Assembly: GCA_905178155.1 (NCBI GenBank)
Contig: CAJINV010000015.1
Coordinates: forward strand, 2,072,110-2,136,109
Source of the DNA: Amoebophrya sp. A120
Lineage: Eukaryota; Protista; Dinoflagellata
DNA: 64,000 nucleotides
Direction of reading: 5' to 3'
The position numbers and the translations under genes are program-made. Shown piece by piece: positions 28,001 to 39,900 of this stretch (position 1 is its first letter; the number at the start of each line of letters is the position of its first letter). Under the pieces are notes generated by a model, which saw nothing but the letters and a program-made list of their open reading frames with translations, searched no databases and was not told the DNA's origin.

Positions 28001-29580
28001 TCGTCCAGAACCGGCAAGTGCTTCAACACCGGTGGCTGCAGACTGACAGACGCAGAGCAGGCGGACGCGGTGCCGCCTTCTAAAGGGATGCCGAAATCTC
28101 GACAGATGAATTCCTGCATCGATTTCATCCAAGATTTGTCCAACAGCAAGTCGTTTCCGCTGGTCATTCCCTTCAACACCAACTCCATTTTGATCACACC
28201 CTCGAGTTGGATTGGTTTTACGCCAGCTCCTGAAGAGGAGGAAGAAGCCGCGCCTTTCGTCTCAAAAACGCGGCCTCTTTCCTTGCTGCAATATTTCGAT
28301 TCGGCGATGAAGTAGTAGCCACTGGAGCAATATGCATTGCAGATATGTCTGGGTCTAGAATAAACCTGTGATGCTGAATTGAGCATGATAGAAGCGCTTG
28401 CAATGGCAGCCAAGCATGACAAGTTTTCGAGACACCGACCTGCTGATGCCTAGCACGCATCACAGATTGCGTTTTTGCATGACAAAGCAAGCCCCTCGTT
28501 ACGTTTGCTGTTAATGCAACACTGATTTTCCAGGAATGCAAGACACGCATCACAAGTTCCACTGGTTCAGACGTATTTGCATTTGATAAGCAACCTGTGG
28601 ATTTGCAGGCGTACTCCCCCGGGGTCGAGTATGGATGTGTCAGAATCGAAATCGACAAAGTAGTTGAAATGATTTGTCATGCATAAAGTGGATGCCAGTT
28701 GAAGCCCACTTTTCAAGTGGCGCATGACAAAAAATTCAGGTAGAACCTAAATCCAGTTTGTCATGCTGTTTGGGTAAGGGCGGCGCCTTTTGTCATGCTA
28801 CTTTAGGAGCCCTATTTCTACCCCTCAAGAGGCTTACAAATTGCCTCCCTTGCGTCCTCTGCAATAGAGACAATTTTTGCGCTCCACTTTATGCATGACA
28901 AACTATTAATTTGTTCAATTTAAACTTTGTCGATTTCGATCCTGACACATTCATATCGAGCAGCCTTCTTCGAGAGACGTTGCGGCGAGACCGTTTTTAC
29001 ACGTGCAGGGCTTGTTTATTGTTGGCGAAGGTGCTGCTGACTCGGCGTCGGCGTCGCCTTGTGCTGCTGCTGAAGCAGCTCCTGGTGCTGCGATTATTTC
29101 GGCCTGTGGGGTGGTTGCAGGCCCACCCTGTGCTAGGCCACCTCCCGCATCGGCTCCTGCACCAAGAACAGGAGATGCAGCTGCTTCTCCTGCGTCTGCT
29201 GCGCCAGCGGCTTCGTCTCCTGGTGCAGCAGCAGGACCATCCGCCGCTCCGGCTGCTCCCCCCGCAGCTGCATCTTTACCACCTGGCGCCACTGCACCTC
29301 CTCCTACTTCCTCTGCTGGCGTTTGTTGCAGAAGTTGCACGACTTCGCCTTTATTCCCCGCCGCATTTCCACTCGGTTTCTTTCTCCTTTTCTTTTTCTT
29401 CTTTCTCCCCGCATGTAACTGGCGGTCCGCTTCCAACAGCATGCTCCTACACGCGACGCTTCTTTGCGCCTTCCAGTGTTTGAAGTAGTTGGCGATCAGG
29501 AAGCCGTGGGTTTGCTGCAAGAAGGATGGCGTGAGAAAGAGGGTTTTAAGGAGGAGCATGGCGAATGGAGGGCGACGCAT
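13021..29580 (-). CDS. Giant secreted multi-domain protein (~3,460 aa, 23 exons) with Cys-rich modules, Ala/Gly/Glu linkers and a C-terminal LpqC/PHB-depolymerase-like alpha/beta-hydrolase
   Basis: All 22 junctions traced in frame; exonic total 10,386 nt is divisible by 3; signal-like MRRPPFAMLLLKTLFL (start could be 29649); GFSGG elbow, HGSYD, distal TEHQP. Confidence 0.8.
13434..14508. mobile_element. Introner element family J with ~0.9-kb nested insertion
   Basis: Ends match the 22643 element; DR TTTCT/CTTCT; frame restored (FEKMEML). Confidence 0.8.
14572..14780. mobile_element. Introner element family E (209 bp)
   Basis: TIR TATC...GAA.AAACTGTTTCACTGTGA; DR TCCGC. Confidence 0.92.
15700..15935. 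mobile_element. Introner element family D (236 bp)
   Basis: TIR TATGG..TTCTCAA..GTTACATTCTCAAC; DR ACTGA/CCTGA. Confidence 0.9.
15993..16263. mobile_element. Introner element family A (271 bp)
   Basis: Family A TIR; DR TCCAA. Confidence 0.92.
17994..18102. mobile_element. Introner element family F (109 bp, in-frame, stop-free)
   Basis: TIR TATC.AGGAAAAAACAC.CATCCCCATCC; DR TCCCC. Confidence 0.9.
18234..19125. mobile_element. Introner element family B with nested ~700-bp TIR element (18394-19096)
   Basis: DR TAGCA; left end TCT instead of TAT; nested TIR GTAGTGAGGTC/GACCTCACTAC. Confidence 0.85.
19168..19420. mobile_element. Introner element family A (253 bp)
   Basis: Family A TIR; DR TGCAC. 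Confidence 0.92.
20078..20236. mobile_element. Introner element family B (159 bp)
   Basis: Family B TIR; DR CGTGT. Confidence 0.9.
20712..20820. mobile_element. Introner element family F (109 bp, in-frame, stop-free)
   Basis: Family F TIR; DR TCGCA. Confidence 0.9.
21338..21557. mobile_element. Introner element family D (220 bp)
   Basis: Family D TIR; DR GCCGC. Confidence 0.92.
21653..21742. mobile_element. Short degenerate non-canonical intron (90 bp)
   Basis: DR GCGAG/CCGAG; needed for frame (MLATTT); TIR eroded. Confidence 0.6.
21890..22195. mobile_element. Introner element family G (306 bp)
   Basis: TIR TA.T.CAGTGAA.AA.GCCCCCACCCCC; DR ACCGA. Confidence 0.92.
22643..22799. mobile_element. 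Introner element family J (157 bp, in-frame, stop-free)
   Basis: TATCCG ends, AAATTTCCCG..CA.GT arms; DR eroded (AGGAT/GGAGA). Confidence 0.8.
23465..23614. mobile_element. Introner element family B (150 bp)
   Basis: Family B TIR; DR CGGTG. Confidence 0.92.
23719..23946. mobile_element. Introner element family H (228 bp)
   Basis: TIR TA.GA.AGTGCACA; DR AGACG. Confidence 0.9.
24158..24293. mobile_element. Introner element family B (136 bp)
   Basis: Family B TIR; DR GGAGT/GGAGG. Confidence 0.9.
24681..24889. mobile_element. Introner element, E-related (209 bp)
   Basis: TIR TATCCAAGAAAAAAACTGTG; DR TTCAG. Confidence 0.92.
24945..25131. mobile_element. Introner element, J-related, degenerate (187 bp)
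   Basis: TAT...ATA ends; DR TTTTT/TCTTC; frame restored. Confidence 0.7.
26785..26934. mobile_element. Introner element family B (150 bp)
   Basis: Family B TIR; DR TGGCA. Confidence 0.92.
27122..27455. mobile_element. Degenerate introner-type intron (334 bp)
   Basis: TATGGG...CCCATA ends; DR lost; removal plus 5 bp restores frame. Confidence 0.7.
28331..28588. mobile_element. Introner element family A (258 bp)
   Basis: Family A TIR; DR AGCAA. Confidence 0.92.
28630..28955. mobile_element. Introner element family C (326 bp)
   Basis: Family C TIR; DR TCGAG. Confidence 0.92.
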
Positions 29581-29781
29581 TCGCTCGTCGTGGCGGTGCG
29601 GTGCTGCCGCCCGATGATGCTGGTGTTTTACTTGATGTGGCCACCACATTGTCGTGGGTGTAGCTCTACTGGAGAGTTTTTTATTGGGAGGTTGAATACC
29701 GCCACGCGCACAGTTCTCGCGTCCAAAAAACGCGGCCAACCCTTACCCGCTGTCAATGTGCTGCCGCGCAGCGATGACGAC

Positions 29782-30089
29782 TATGGAACTGTCAGAATTG
29801 AAATTAACAAAGTTGAAATAATTTGTGATGCATAAAATCTGTACCAGTTGGACCCACAGTTTCCAATCGGCGCATGACAAATTTTCCTGGCCTCTGAAGC
29901 AAGTCTGTCATGCTGTTTAGGGCAAGATGGCTGCTCCCTGTCATGCTAGTCAGCAGCCCGATGCTTGACCCTTACCAGCACTAGAATCTGCCTCCCTTGC
30001 GCCTTCAGCAATAGAATCAGTCTCTGTGTCGCATTTTATGCATTACAAATTATTTCAACTTTGTCGATTTCAACTCTGACACATCCATA
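29782..30089. mobile_element. Introner element family C (308 bp), probably in 5' UTR
   Basis: Family C TIR; DR ACGAC/GCGAC. Confidence 0.88.
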
Positions 30090-30746
30090 GCGACTATGAA
30101 GGCGTTGAGAAGAGGACACATTTTGCAGTTTGCTTAGCCACCGGCCCCGGACGAGCTAGTGTTACGATTAGGAGGGACGGGAGATTTTGGTTTTTAGTAC
30201 TACGCTCCGGCACTTCTTCATCGCAAATACGCTCCTCCTGCGACTCCTCTTTTTGCTCTCAATTGGCAGAAGTAAGGACCCACCAGTGTGTTTGTGTACG
30301 CCTCCAGCTACTACAGATGCGGCGTTTCAATACCTAACGCTCCAAAAATACAATAAATCTCATCTCTCCATCGCATAGCACCATCGCGAATAATCTTACT
30401 CGCGAGGGTGCAGAGGACCACACCACTCAACAACGCATCTGATGTGTGCTCAACAACGAGAAATAACAAGAAGATGCCACCAGGCCGCTCAAAGCCGATG
30501 CAAGCACAAGCAGCAGGCCGTGCTGCGGTTTTGTCAACGTCTCTTTGTGTTTCTGCGTTTTCAACAGTGACTTCTTGTTATTTTTAGTCTATCTCTAGAG
30601 TGATATCGTTCTGTCTTGAATTATTATTATTGTGCATTACAGTGTGAAGCAGCATCATTCAAGCTGCGGGTCCAACGTTGTAGACGTTCCCTTCGTTCCA
30701 AGCAAAGAATCGATTCTACAACGTCAATCCTCATCTGCACCCCCGC

Positions 30747-32088
30747 CTATTCCTCTGCAACCGCCCCGTCCGATGCCACGACACCACCCCCAAACGCCGA
30801 GTCGTTCGCGGTCATTTTTTCAATTGCCGCAATCATCTCCTCCTCGGTAACACCCTCGGATTCCAAAATGGCCTTGAATTCCCCCAAGTCCTGACTGTTT
30901 CCCTCGCCAAAGAAGAACGGAAGCAGGACAAAACAACCGATGGTGGCCCTGGATTTTGTTTGTAGCTTGATGGATTTTCAATTGATGTAAGTCGGCGTCG
31001 CTAGTATCTATGTCAAGGACGAATAGGAAAACGAAAATAAATGCGTGCTGACAGCTCGTTTCTTTCACGGAAGTCCCACATGATGAAGACAAAGTCGAAG
31101 CATAATTCTCATACCATCCCAACATCCAAGCGACCGCAATCAGCAAGACCCGTCGCTCCGTTTTGTTGCTCTGCGGCACCCATTCTGACCGGGGGTCAGG
31201 GTTCAGATGGAACAACCGCATCATCAGCTTGTGGTTCGGAAGCCACTGCCTGGTCGCGCGCCCTTTCGCTCTCTCCTGTCCGAAGGTGCGAAGCCGCTCG
31301 AGGGATGGAATGTTGTTTGGCACAGCCGAGCCAGAAGCTTCTGCTGATGACGATCGACCGGGATCTGTCATGCTGATCCCGCTACGAGACGAAGTTGCGT
31401 TCATCGGCATATGATCCCGCAGCCGTCCCATCTGCCGCCACTGGTGTTCCGTGTAGTTGTGCAGTGGCTGGTAGGAGGAACTTGTGTTGCTGTAAAGAGA
31501 AGAAGCGTTTGCGTCTGCTCTCCTCGTGAACCGATCCGCGAACTGCTTGGCGAGACGGCGTTTTTTCCAGAAGAAGGACTTCAGTCTGTACGGGAGTGTT
31601 TTCTTGTACATTTCGTACCGTTCTAACCGCTGCTGTGGCGAAATGCCGGCGTTCGAGGTGCAATCCATATCGGTCAGATCGCGGTGAAAAGTACCGAGTT
31701 CTGTAGTTTGGTGATTTTGCATCACCCGCATCGGGTCGAACACTTGCCGGATCGGCGGGCCGGGGAAGGAGCGCTTTTGGGTAGTTATTGCGTGACCACG
31801 ACGACAGTATCCTCTTCCTGCCCGTCCGATTGCATCTCCTGGGTTGGCTATGCTTTGCGAGAGGGAAGATGAAGTAGAAGACTGTGATGGATGCTGTAGG
31901 TGCAGGCGACGCGCTGGAGGAAGAGGAAGTACGACTCCACATAGCTGACGTCGCTGCGCTGTTGGCACGACCGATCGCGATGCTGAGCCACCGGGGATGC
32001 TGTTCAGATACAACAGAGAAGGTTGCTGCAGTGTGGCCTGCGTCGTGCGAACAAGCGCTGGAAAGGAGGACGAAGACGCTGCCATCAT
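30747..32088 (-). CDS. Hypothetical membrane protein with Ser/Arg-rich (mitochondrial-transit-like) N-terminus; one GT-AG intron at 30949-31114
   Basis: ORF 30820..32175; splicing GTATGA...TCCAG completes a TM segment VLLIAVAWMLGWATIGCFVLLPFFF and ends ...AVAEE*. Confidence 0.7.
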
Positions 32089-32166
32089 GCTGGCCCTCCA
32101 AAAACTGCTTCTAAGGACACAACGCTGCAACGGATCTGCACAGCTAACTGCTTGCTTTGGGTTTTT

Positions 32167-32308
32167 GGACCACACAGTGTAAGATTGGTTCCTAAACCCT
32201 GAAACCTAAACTAAACCCTTTCTGGGTCGATCTTGAGCAGCAGATGAGGGCGGTGGCGCGGATCGAAGGTGAGACGGTCGCGTCGGCGGCGGACCACACA
32301 GTGTAAGA
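32167..32308. mobile_element. 106-bp insertion with 18-bp flanking duplication and telomere-like repeats
   Basis: GGACCACACAGTGTAAGA at 32167 and 32291; insert begins TTGGTTCCTAAACCCTGAAACCTAAACTAAACCCT. Confidence 0.7.
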
Positions 32309-32559
32309 AAGTAAACTCGCTCTGGCCACACCCCCCTTCAGCCCAACTCTCGTTCTATTTTCTCTAACAAGGCACGAGCTTCTCCCCTTTAATTTTCAAT
32401 ACGCACAGCAAGAACCTGCTCCAACAACACTCTTCTTGGCGCGGCCGGGCAGATTCAGATCTTCATGTTCTGTAGTTGCATTCAGATAAAATTGAATAGC
32501 ACTACACACAGAGACTCAGATGAACAACAACAGGCATTCGCTTACTGCCAGCCTGGCCA

Positions 32560-33520
32560 GGGAGCAAGGTAAGGGACCAACCCGGCCGAAATGTGAATAC
32601 AAACAGCCAGCAGGCCCCCACCCCCTTTACCTTAAACGAAAAAAAAACACGACACACGCGAGGGCGGCCCGCGCGCTTTCTTCCGCGCCACGCTCCCTCG
32701 AATTGCACGCCCCGACCGCCCAAGGTCTCTGTGGGCTGCAATAACGGGGCGCAAGGTAGGGGAGGCGGAACACACGGGCGGCCGGGGCCAGGGCGGTCGG
32801 CCGGACGAAGGAGTTGGACGAAGGGCAGCGGCCAGGCCGAAGAATCCTGCGGCCGCGCCGATGCATGAACGAGGCGCCGCCAAGCTGGCAATGGGTGCGA
32901 CGATAAATACACGCCACCCGCCAAAAAAGCCCGCCCAAATTCGGCGGCGGGCGCACAAAACCAGCAAGCCAGGTCGGGAGCGGAAGCCCCGCCCCAGTCC
33001 CGCCAGCGGGGCGATCGCTCATCGGCGCCGCCGCTAAGGCCCGGGGGCGTTCTCGATGTAGATGAAACACACACACGCCACGCCACACACTTGGCCCGGC
33101 GGGGCCAAACCAGGGCAATGCGTGCAAAAGGCGGCGGCCCCCCTGGTGGGGCGCGCGCTTCTGCCAGCCCGCGCCCCCTTGGGTGTTTTAGATAGGCCGC
33201 AAGGTGCTGCACTAGTCGCGGCGTTTTCGAAGCATTCCGGAACCACGCCCGCGCCCGCAATTCGTGGGGTCGCCGCCTTGCTGGGGGATGCGGCCGGGTG
33301 GAATCCCTTCGCGCTCGGTGTTACGGCGCCCGCGCCGTCGCTTACCACCTAGCCGCTCCGCTGGGAGGCGCTCGCCCGCGGCCACCCGCGTTCCAGGCGG
33401 CCGCGAGCCCCCCACCTTTTCCCCGGCCGCTGGCGCCATTTGGCCAACGGGCGCCGAAGCTCCCCAGCGCGCGCGCGGCGCCCTACGGTTCCGGGGCGTT
33501 TGTAGTTGGTCTGCAAGCCA
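32560..33520. other. GC-rich intergenic block, likely non-coding repeat or element remnant
   Basis: Abrupt GC increase; overlapping P/A/G/R-rich spurious ORFs; composition like the nested inserts. Confidence 0.45.
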
Positions 33521-33957
33521 TTGTGGTATTATTGCGCGGCAGTAAAGTAGAAAGCGGCAGCACACGATGCGTGACCTCCGTTGGCGCCGCAACGAACACA
33601 AGCAGCGTTCTAACCGATTTATCGAGCAGCATCTGTCTCGTTGTCTGTTTCTGTATCGGAAGTCGTTATCAATGAGTGTGATCATGCTCGTCATTCGCAT
33701 TCTCATATTTTCGGAGCATGGGCAAAAAAACCGGAGGATCCAAAACCAAAGTTGATTTTCTTCGCATCGGGGCACTTTACTTTATTTACACACGACACGC
33801 AACAGCCAGCTCTTCCAGCACAGGACGCAAGCACCGGCTGGCGTTGCGTCATCGAGCAACAGAAGAGTTGTTGAGTGCCACCAGTACAAAGCAAAATAGG
33901 ACCACTGAGGCCAACTGCAACCAATGAATTTAAATATCCAGCAACGCTACTTTTTCC

Positions 33958-36900
33958 TCACAACTCTATTCCTCCCTTCACCAACCCCAGCCCGAACTTC
34001 TTCAAAAACTTCTCATTTTCCCCGTTCCACAGCTCCGCTTCCGCCTTCCGCTTTTCCACGACAAAGTCGCACAACTGGTCCCACTCCGGGTGTCGTTTTT
34101 GCCGGATCCCCTGAAAATTCACGTAGTAGTCCCCGTCAAAGTGCCAGCCGTCCGGAAGCCGCCCGCTGTTGACGTTGAACCCAAATTTTTCATCGTGCAA
34201 CCCGTGCAAGTGGAGCTCCGCCTCGCTCGGGTACTTGGGAACCTGCTCGAACAGTTGAAAAGTGCAGTTTTTGGAGAGGAGAACTTGGTCGAAATAGGTG
34301 GTGAGTTTTTCGTGGAAGTGTTTTTGTGCTTGTTGGTCACCTTCTCCTACCGCAGGTACGTAGAGCCAGAAAAGAATTTGCTCCAGCGAAGAAGGCACCA
34401 ATTCGGCATCATTGCTGCCGTCAATGATCGTCCAGTTGTTCGGCTCCCCTTGTTCACCTAGCCTCAAAGACCCGGACTTGATCCTTTTCAATGTCGGAAC
34501 CGTCACCGGTGCGGCGTCGATTGTGAAGCTGCTAGAAGTTGTACTAGCTCCTTCTTCTTTGGTACTGCAATAGCTGTTCATCTTACAACCCGCACCAGCC
34601 TCCGCCGTTAACACGTTTTTCAATTCGATCGAGATCAAATTTTTGTTCCTTACAAGCTCTTTCGTCAGAGTCACTTTCAGCTTTTCGAAGTCGAACAACT
34701 TCTGTTTCACGTCAATTTTCACGATCATCAAGTCTTTCGCTGAAAACAATTCTGACGATCTGTCGCTGATGTTGTTGTCTAAGCAGCCCGGCTATGGATT
34801 GCAAAAGTGTCTGGGTCTGGAAGAATGCAAGATTTGTCATGCATATTTCTCATGACCCACGATGCCTGTAATGCATGCCCCAGCATCACAGGTTTTTTGA
34901 GGGATTCTTGATGCCCATTCCGCATGACAAATGCCCTCTCCGCGTAGCAAAAGTTAGACTCTGTTTGCTGCTCATGCAACACAAATTTTTTAGACATCGA
35001 GACACAGCATCACAAGTTGCATTCTTCCCGACCCAGACATTTTTACATTTGATACCGGTCTTGACACTAATTTCTCCTTCGCCAAATGCGCGACGGCAAA
35101 GGCGTCGGATATGGAGTTCTCAAATGTTACATTTTCAACTGTTGTCATGCAAGACTCTCATCAGTATCCACATCATCAAGCTGCTTCGCATGACAAATTC
35201 CTGAAGGGCTAAACAGCACCTGAATCTGTGTCCAGCCTGTAATGCAAAAAGCGAAATCTTCCCCCTTGCGCTTTTGCTATTCTTGCATTACAAATTCATG
35301 TAACACTTGAGAATGTAACATTTGAGAACGCCATATCGGAAGCCGATGCGGAGGTGCGGCTGCTGAAGTACTCATCCGCTTTTAAAAGTTGCGCTTTGGG
35401 ATTCACCGCTTTCACGAAGTGTTCCAGTTGCTGGACCGCGATGGCGGTTTGGTAGGAGGTGGAGTTCGGGAGAAGCGCAACGGTGCAAAAGCCAGGCTCG
35501 AGAAGGGATCTGTGGAAGGGGATTTAGTAACGATGTTGTGATGCTGCGACATGTAAAGAAGCAACAAAAGAAAATTGTGTAAATGCAGCTGGCACCAGAT
35601 CTGCTCCTGTTGGTCATTATACAAAAACGAACATGCGTCGCCAGTATCCTGATCAACACCAAGAGAGAAAGACGACCCATGCTGTTCTTACCTCACGGAA
35701 TCCGGTAGGAAGTTTTTGACCAGTTGAGAGGAAATCTGCGACTTTTCCTCGGCAGAACAAGAACTCCCCGAGGACGGCAAGACGGTCGATGGCGTGAAGA
35801 TCCCCAGAAAGTCCCGCAAATCCGTGACACAGTGGGCGTTTGTTGGCGGAATCAAAGCAAGCCCCGAATCGTTCAGAATCACGGCGTTTTTCTCCGGGTA
35901 GTGGAGCGACGAGGAAGCAGACGCTGTATTTACGTTTTCCACACTGTTCCCTGTGCAGGAGCTTGTTGTACTATCTCCTCCGATTTTATTTGCCAGAGCT
36001 AGTCGTTCCCTGACACTGAAGAACTTTTTTTTCTCCCTCTTGGCCAAGTTTTCGGCGAATTCGAACGTCACCGTGCTATTCGGCAACGTGTTATGCATTG
36101 CAAATATGTCTGGGTCATCTGGAAAATCAAAATTGGAAGTTGTATTGCGTGTCCGGGATTCCACAAAATTAAATCTGTATTGCATAAAAGCAACGAAAGC
36201 ACCGAAATTTGTCATGCAAAAGCGCAGTTTGTAATGCGCACTAAGCATCAGAAAGCGTCTGAACAATTTGTCGTGCTACACTGCTCTTACAGACGCAGTT
36301 GCTCATGGCCATTCAGCATTACAGGTTTCCAGACCCAGACATATTTGCATTTGATACGTGTTGATCCACAGCAGATTCGCCTCGCTGTAGCTTTCCGTCA
36401 AATCTCCAGGGGTTATCACACCAAAAAGTGTTAAAGTTAACGGTTTTCATAGATGATTGCAAATATGCATGACAAATTTTCCGCAGCATAAATGCTATGC
36501 ATGACATCGGTGGTCTACGGGCAGGCTGTCCCGGTGGCGCTTTGGCCAATCGTACAGAGAAAAAAACAAAAAATACAAGTTAGGTAGGAATACAATTGAA
36601 GGTTATGAATGAAGTCAAAAGTCGTAGAGACAGTATTAAAGTAGTTCCTACGGGCATGGTCACGATTGGGTGACCATGCCCGCATGGTAGAGACAGTATT
36701 AAAGTAGTCACGAATGCTATGCATGACAAATTTGGGCACGTTTTGTGATGCGTTACTGCATCACGAATTCCGCTAACGTTAACACTTTTTCCCGTGATAG
36801 GCGTCCCGAAGGCGGCTCGCCGGCTGTTCGGCGGCATTCGGGCTAGATGAGAGTCCGTGAGGGAAACCGTGTTGAGGAAGTTTTGCAACGCCGGTGTAGT

Positions 36901-39900
36901 AGTTGTATTAGTGGTTGATGAGGAAAGAACGTCTGCTGTTTTATTTCTACCAGTTCCCGTTCCGAGAGGACCCATCGCTGTTGAAGATTTTGCGAAAAAC
37001 GACTCCTCCACCCCGAGTTATCAAATGCAAAAGTGTCTGGGTCTGGAACCTTGCCAGGTTTGTCATGCATATTTTGAATGACTCATCATGATGTCCTCTG
37101 TGATGCATGCTCCCGAGTGACAGAATTTTAGAGGGCTTTGTGATGGCTCTAACGCATGAGAAATGCCCTCTCCGCGTAGCACAAACTGGAGTCCTGTTGC
37201 TGGTCATGCAATGCAAATTTTTTTAGGATCCAGAGACAGCATCACAAGTTTAGAATCTTCCAGACCCAGACATTTTTGCATTTGATACAAACAGTTCACG
37301 GACAATCGGCGAAGCGAATTCTGGTTCCGCGGGGGAGACTCGTAAACCGATGGTGGATATAACCTGCTCATGTATTTTTACAATCTCAGACATTACCACA
37401 ACTAGAAGATGGAAATCTGTTATGCAAGACCTGCATGATCATCTAGCCCACTCCTACAGGATTGCGCATGACAAGTTTCGGAGTCCCATCAAAGCGCACT
37501 ACAATTATCTTGCGAAATTTGTATTGCAGAAAGTGGAACGCAGTGTGAGTCTGTCATGCTCATCGTGCCAGACAAAGCCCAAGCCCTATTTTTGTAACGT
37601 TTGAGATGGTAACCGATTTGAGCAGGTCATAGTGGAAAGCCAGGGATTCGGAATGCGGACGAAGAACGAACAAACTGCGTCGGCTATTACACTGAAAAAT
37701 GGCCCCACCCCCAAAGTTGCAAAAATTTGTGATGCGAAGCTTCCAAATGAACACTTTTGGTCATGCATGAAAGGAGTATGAACCTTTCTGGTGCAGAGTC
37801 TAGGCGTAGGCGTGTATCGCATCGCTTGATGCATGACAAGCGCCGCTTTTGCTGGGATCTTTTGCAATGCAAATTTTTGCTATTCACTTTCACGATTGGA
37901 ATAAATCTGTGATGCTGATAGATGCAAGAGGGCGAGTGTTTCACTTGGCAAGGTTTGCAATACAAATGCTCTCAATGATTCGGGAGTGCTGGGGGAATTT
38001 TTTATTGCAATATCGGCTTCTGCTCCTGTCGGAGGTGGTGCTGTCGCATATCCTGTGCAAAAGTATCGCGCTCGTAGTAATTGCAACCATGCATTACAAA
38101 TCTTTTTTGAAGGTAAATGAATCCGCATTGCAAATTTTATTTCTCATGCTGAGAAAATTTGTCATTCAATTTATACTATCACGATGCTTTTGCATTCGAT
38201 ATCGCATCAGAAACTACAACTTCCGGACTCCCACTCAGCGTCGCCTTACAGTAGACCGCGTTTTTGATCTGCAGTGCGGTTTTCGGCACGGCGCTGTTGC
38301 CAGAAAACGGAGTCGCGGACACCACTTTCATCCACAGTTCTGTAGTTCCAGATGATAAAGTTGTGCTGGAGGTCCCATATGGGAGTGTCAGGATTGAAAT
38401 CGTCAAAGTTGAAATGGTTTGTCATGCATAAAATGCGACGCAAAAAGTGACTCTATTGCAGAGGACGCATGGGAGGCAGATCATAGTCCTGGTAAGTGTC
38501 AAAAGTTGGACTGCTGACTAGCATGACAGAAGGCAGCTCTTTTGCCCTAAACCGCATGACAGACTCGCTTACAGGACCGGGAAGTTTTGTCATGCACCGA
38601 CTACAGGCTGTAGCTCTAACTAGTATCCGTTTTATGCATGGCAAACTATTTCAACTCTGACGATTTCAATCCTGACACCTCCATATCCCAGCAGTAGCCA
38701 TCTTCGCGGAAAAATTCTTCAAATCCTTACACGTATACTTGATGAAGAAATCTTCCTTTTCATCACTTTCACTGCTTCCAGAAGATGATCCACTAGCTTT
38801 CATCGCTTTCCTCGAATACAGCGCCAGTTGACTCGCATGTGGCTTCAGGTCCGTTACCTTAGAACCGATGAAGCAGAGGGAAGAAGTTGTGGAGGTGGCC
38901 GAGCTGGAGGAGGAAACAGTTCCGTATTGCTTCAACTCACTGGTCAAGGACGCAGACACTTCCGTTAGCTTACTGGTCGGTAAACACAAAACCACGCCCG
39001 TGGTGTGGTCGGCGGTGGTGGAGGAGAGCTCCTTCAGATGTTGAACAGGCTTGGTTTTTGATGATGAATCATCCTGTGTCGTTGATATTTCCTCCCCTTC
39101 CACGGCCATTTTGTTCGAGGAATTTTCACTGCTCGTCGTCTCTCCGAATGAAAAGGGACTCGGAAACTTGTCCCCCGTGATCCGGATCGCCTCTCCCGGC
39201 GCGCGGGCGGCCGCTTTGGTGTACAGAAACGAGTCGCCCCAGACGACTTTTGTAGACGATAGTGTTGTAGTTGAGCTAGTAGTCGTTGTGCCTGTGCTGT
39301 CACTTGGTAAAAAAACACGACTCTCGTCCACCACCGGTATTTCTACCTTCACGGTTACTAACACCGTTCCGGCTTGTGGTTTAGAAATGGTGGTGTCCAG
39401 TGGGTATCCGAAACTGTCCAGAGCCTCGATTTTGATGTTGTTATCGTCTCCGATCTGTTTTGTCACGTGCTCCCCCATATGCAGTGCAAAAGTATTGCAC
39501 TCGTCGTAATTGCTATCGATATCGTGCATGACAAATATCGCTTTTTAGGTAAAATAGCATTACAAATTGCATTTTTCTTCTTGAGAAAATTTGTGATGCA
39601 ATTCCTACTAGTACAATACTTTTGCAATGCATACCCCAACTGGGAAAAAAGCCACTCCCTGTACGCTGTCGCAAGGGATTTACCGAGAATGCTGTCGAAG
39701 AGGGGGAAGATAGTGGTTTTGGTACTAGGACAAGTGGTAGCTGAAGCATTTTGATTCATCTCTATTCCTGCGGATGAAGTAGATGTTGCTTTCACCATAA
39801 ACGCGTCGACGCAGTGTTTCGCCAGGGCGATCTTGCTCAGCAGCTCGTGGTTCATTTGTCGTGTTGGAGACGAGTTATCGGATGCTGATGTTGAGGAAAA

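Noticed and set aside
14966-29835. Long plus-strand ORFs (e.g. 16252..17079, 29003..29488)
   Set aside because: Antisense shadows of the minus-strand coding exons.
32502-33775. GC-rich ORFs of 100-250 aa
   Set aside because: They overlap in most frames, are P/A/G/R-biased and have no motif, as expected from GC content alone. The same applies to 43.7-45.1 kb and 53.3-54.2 kb.
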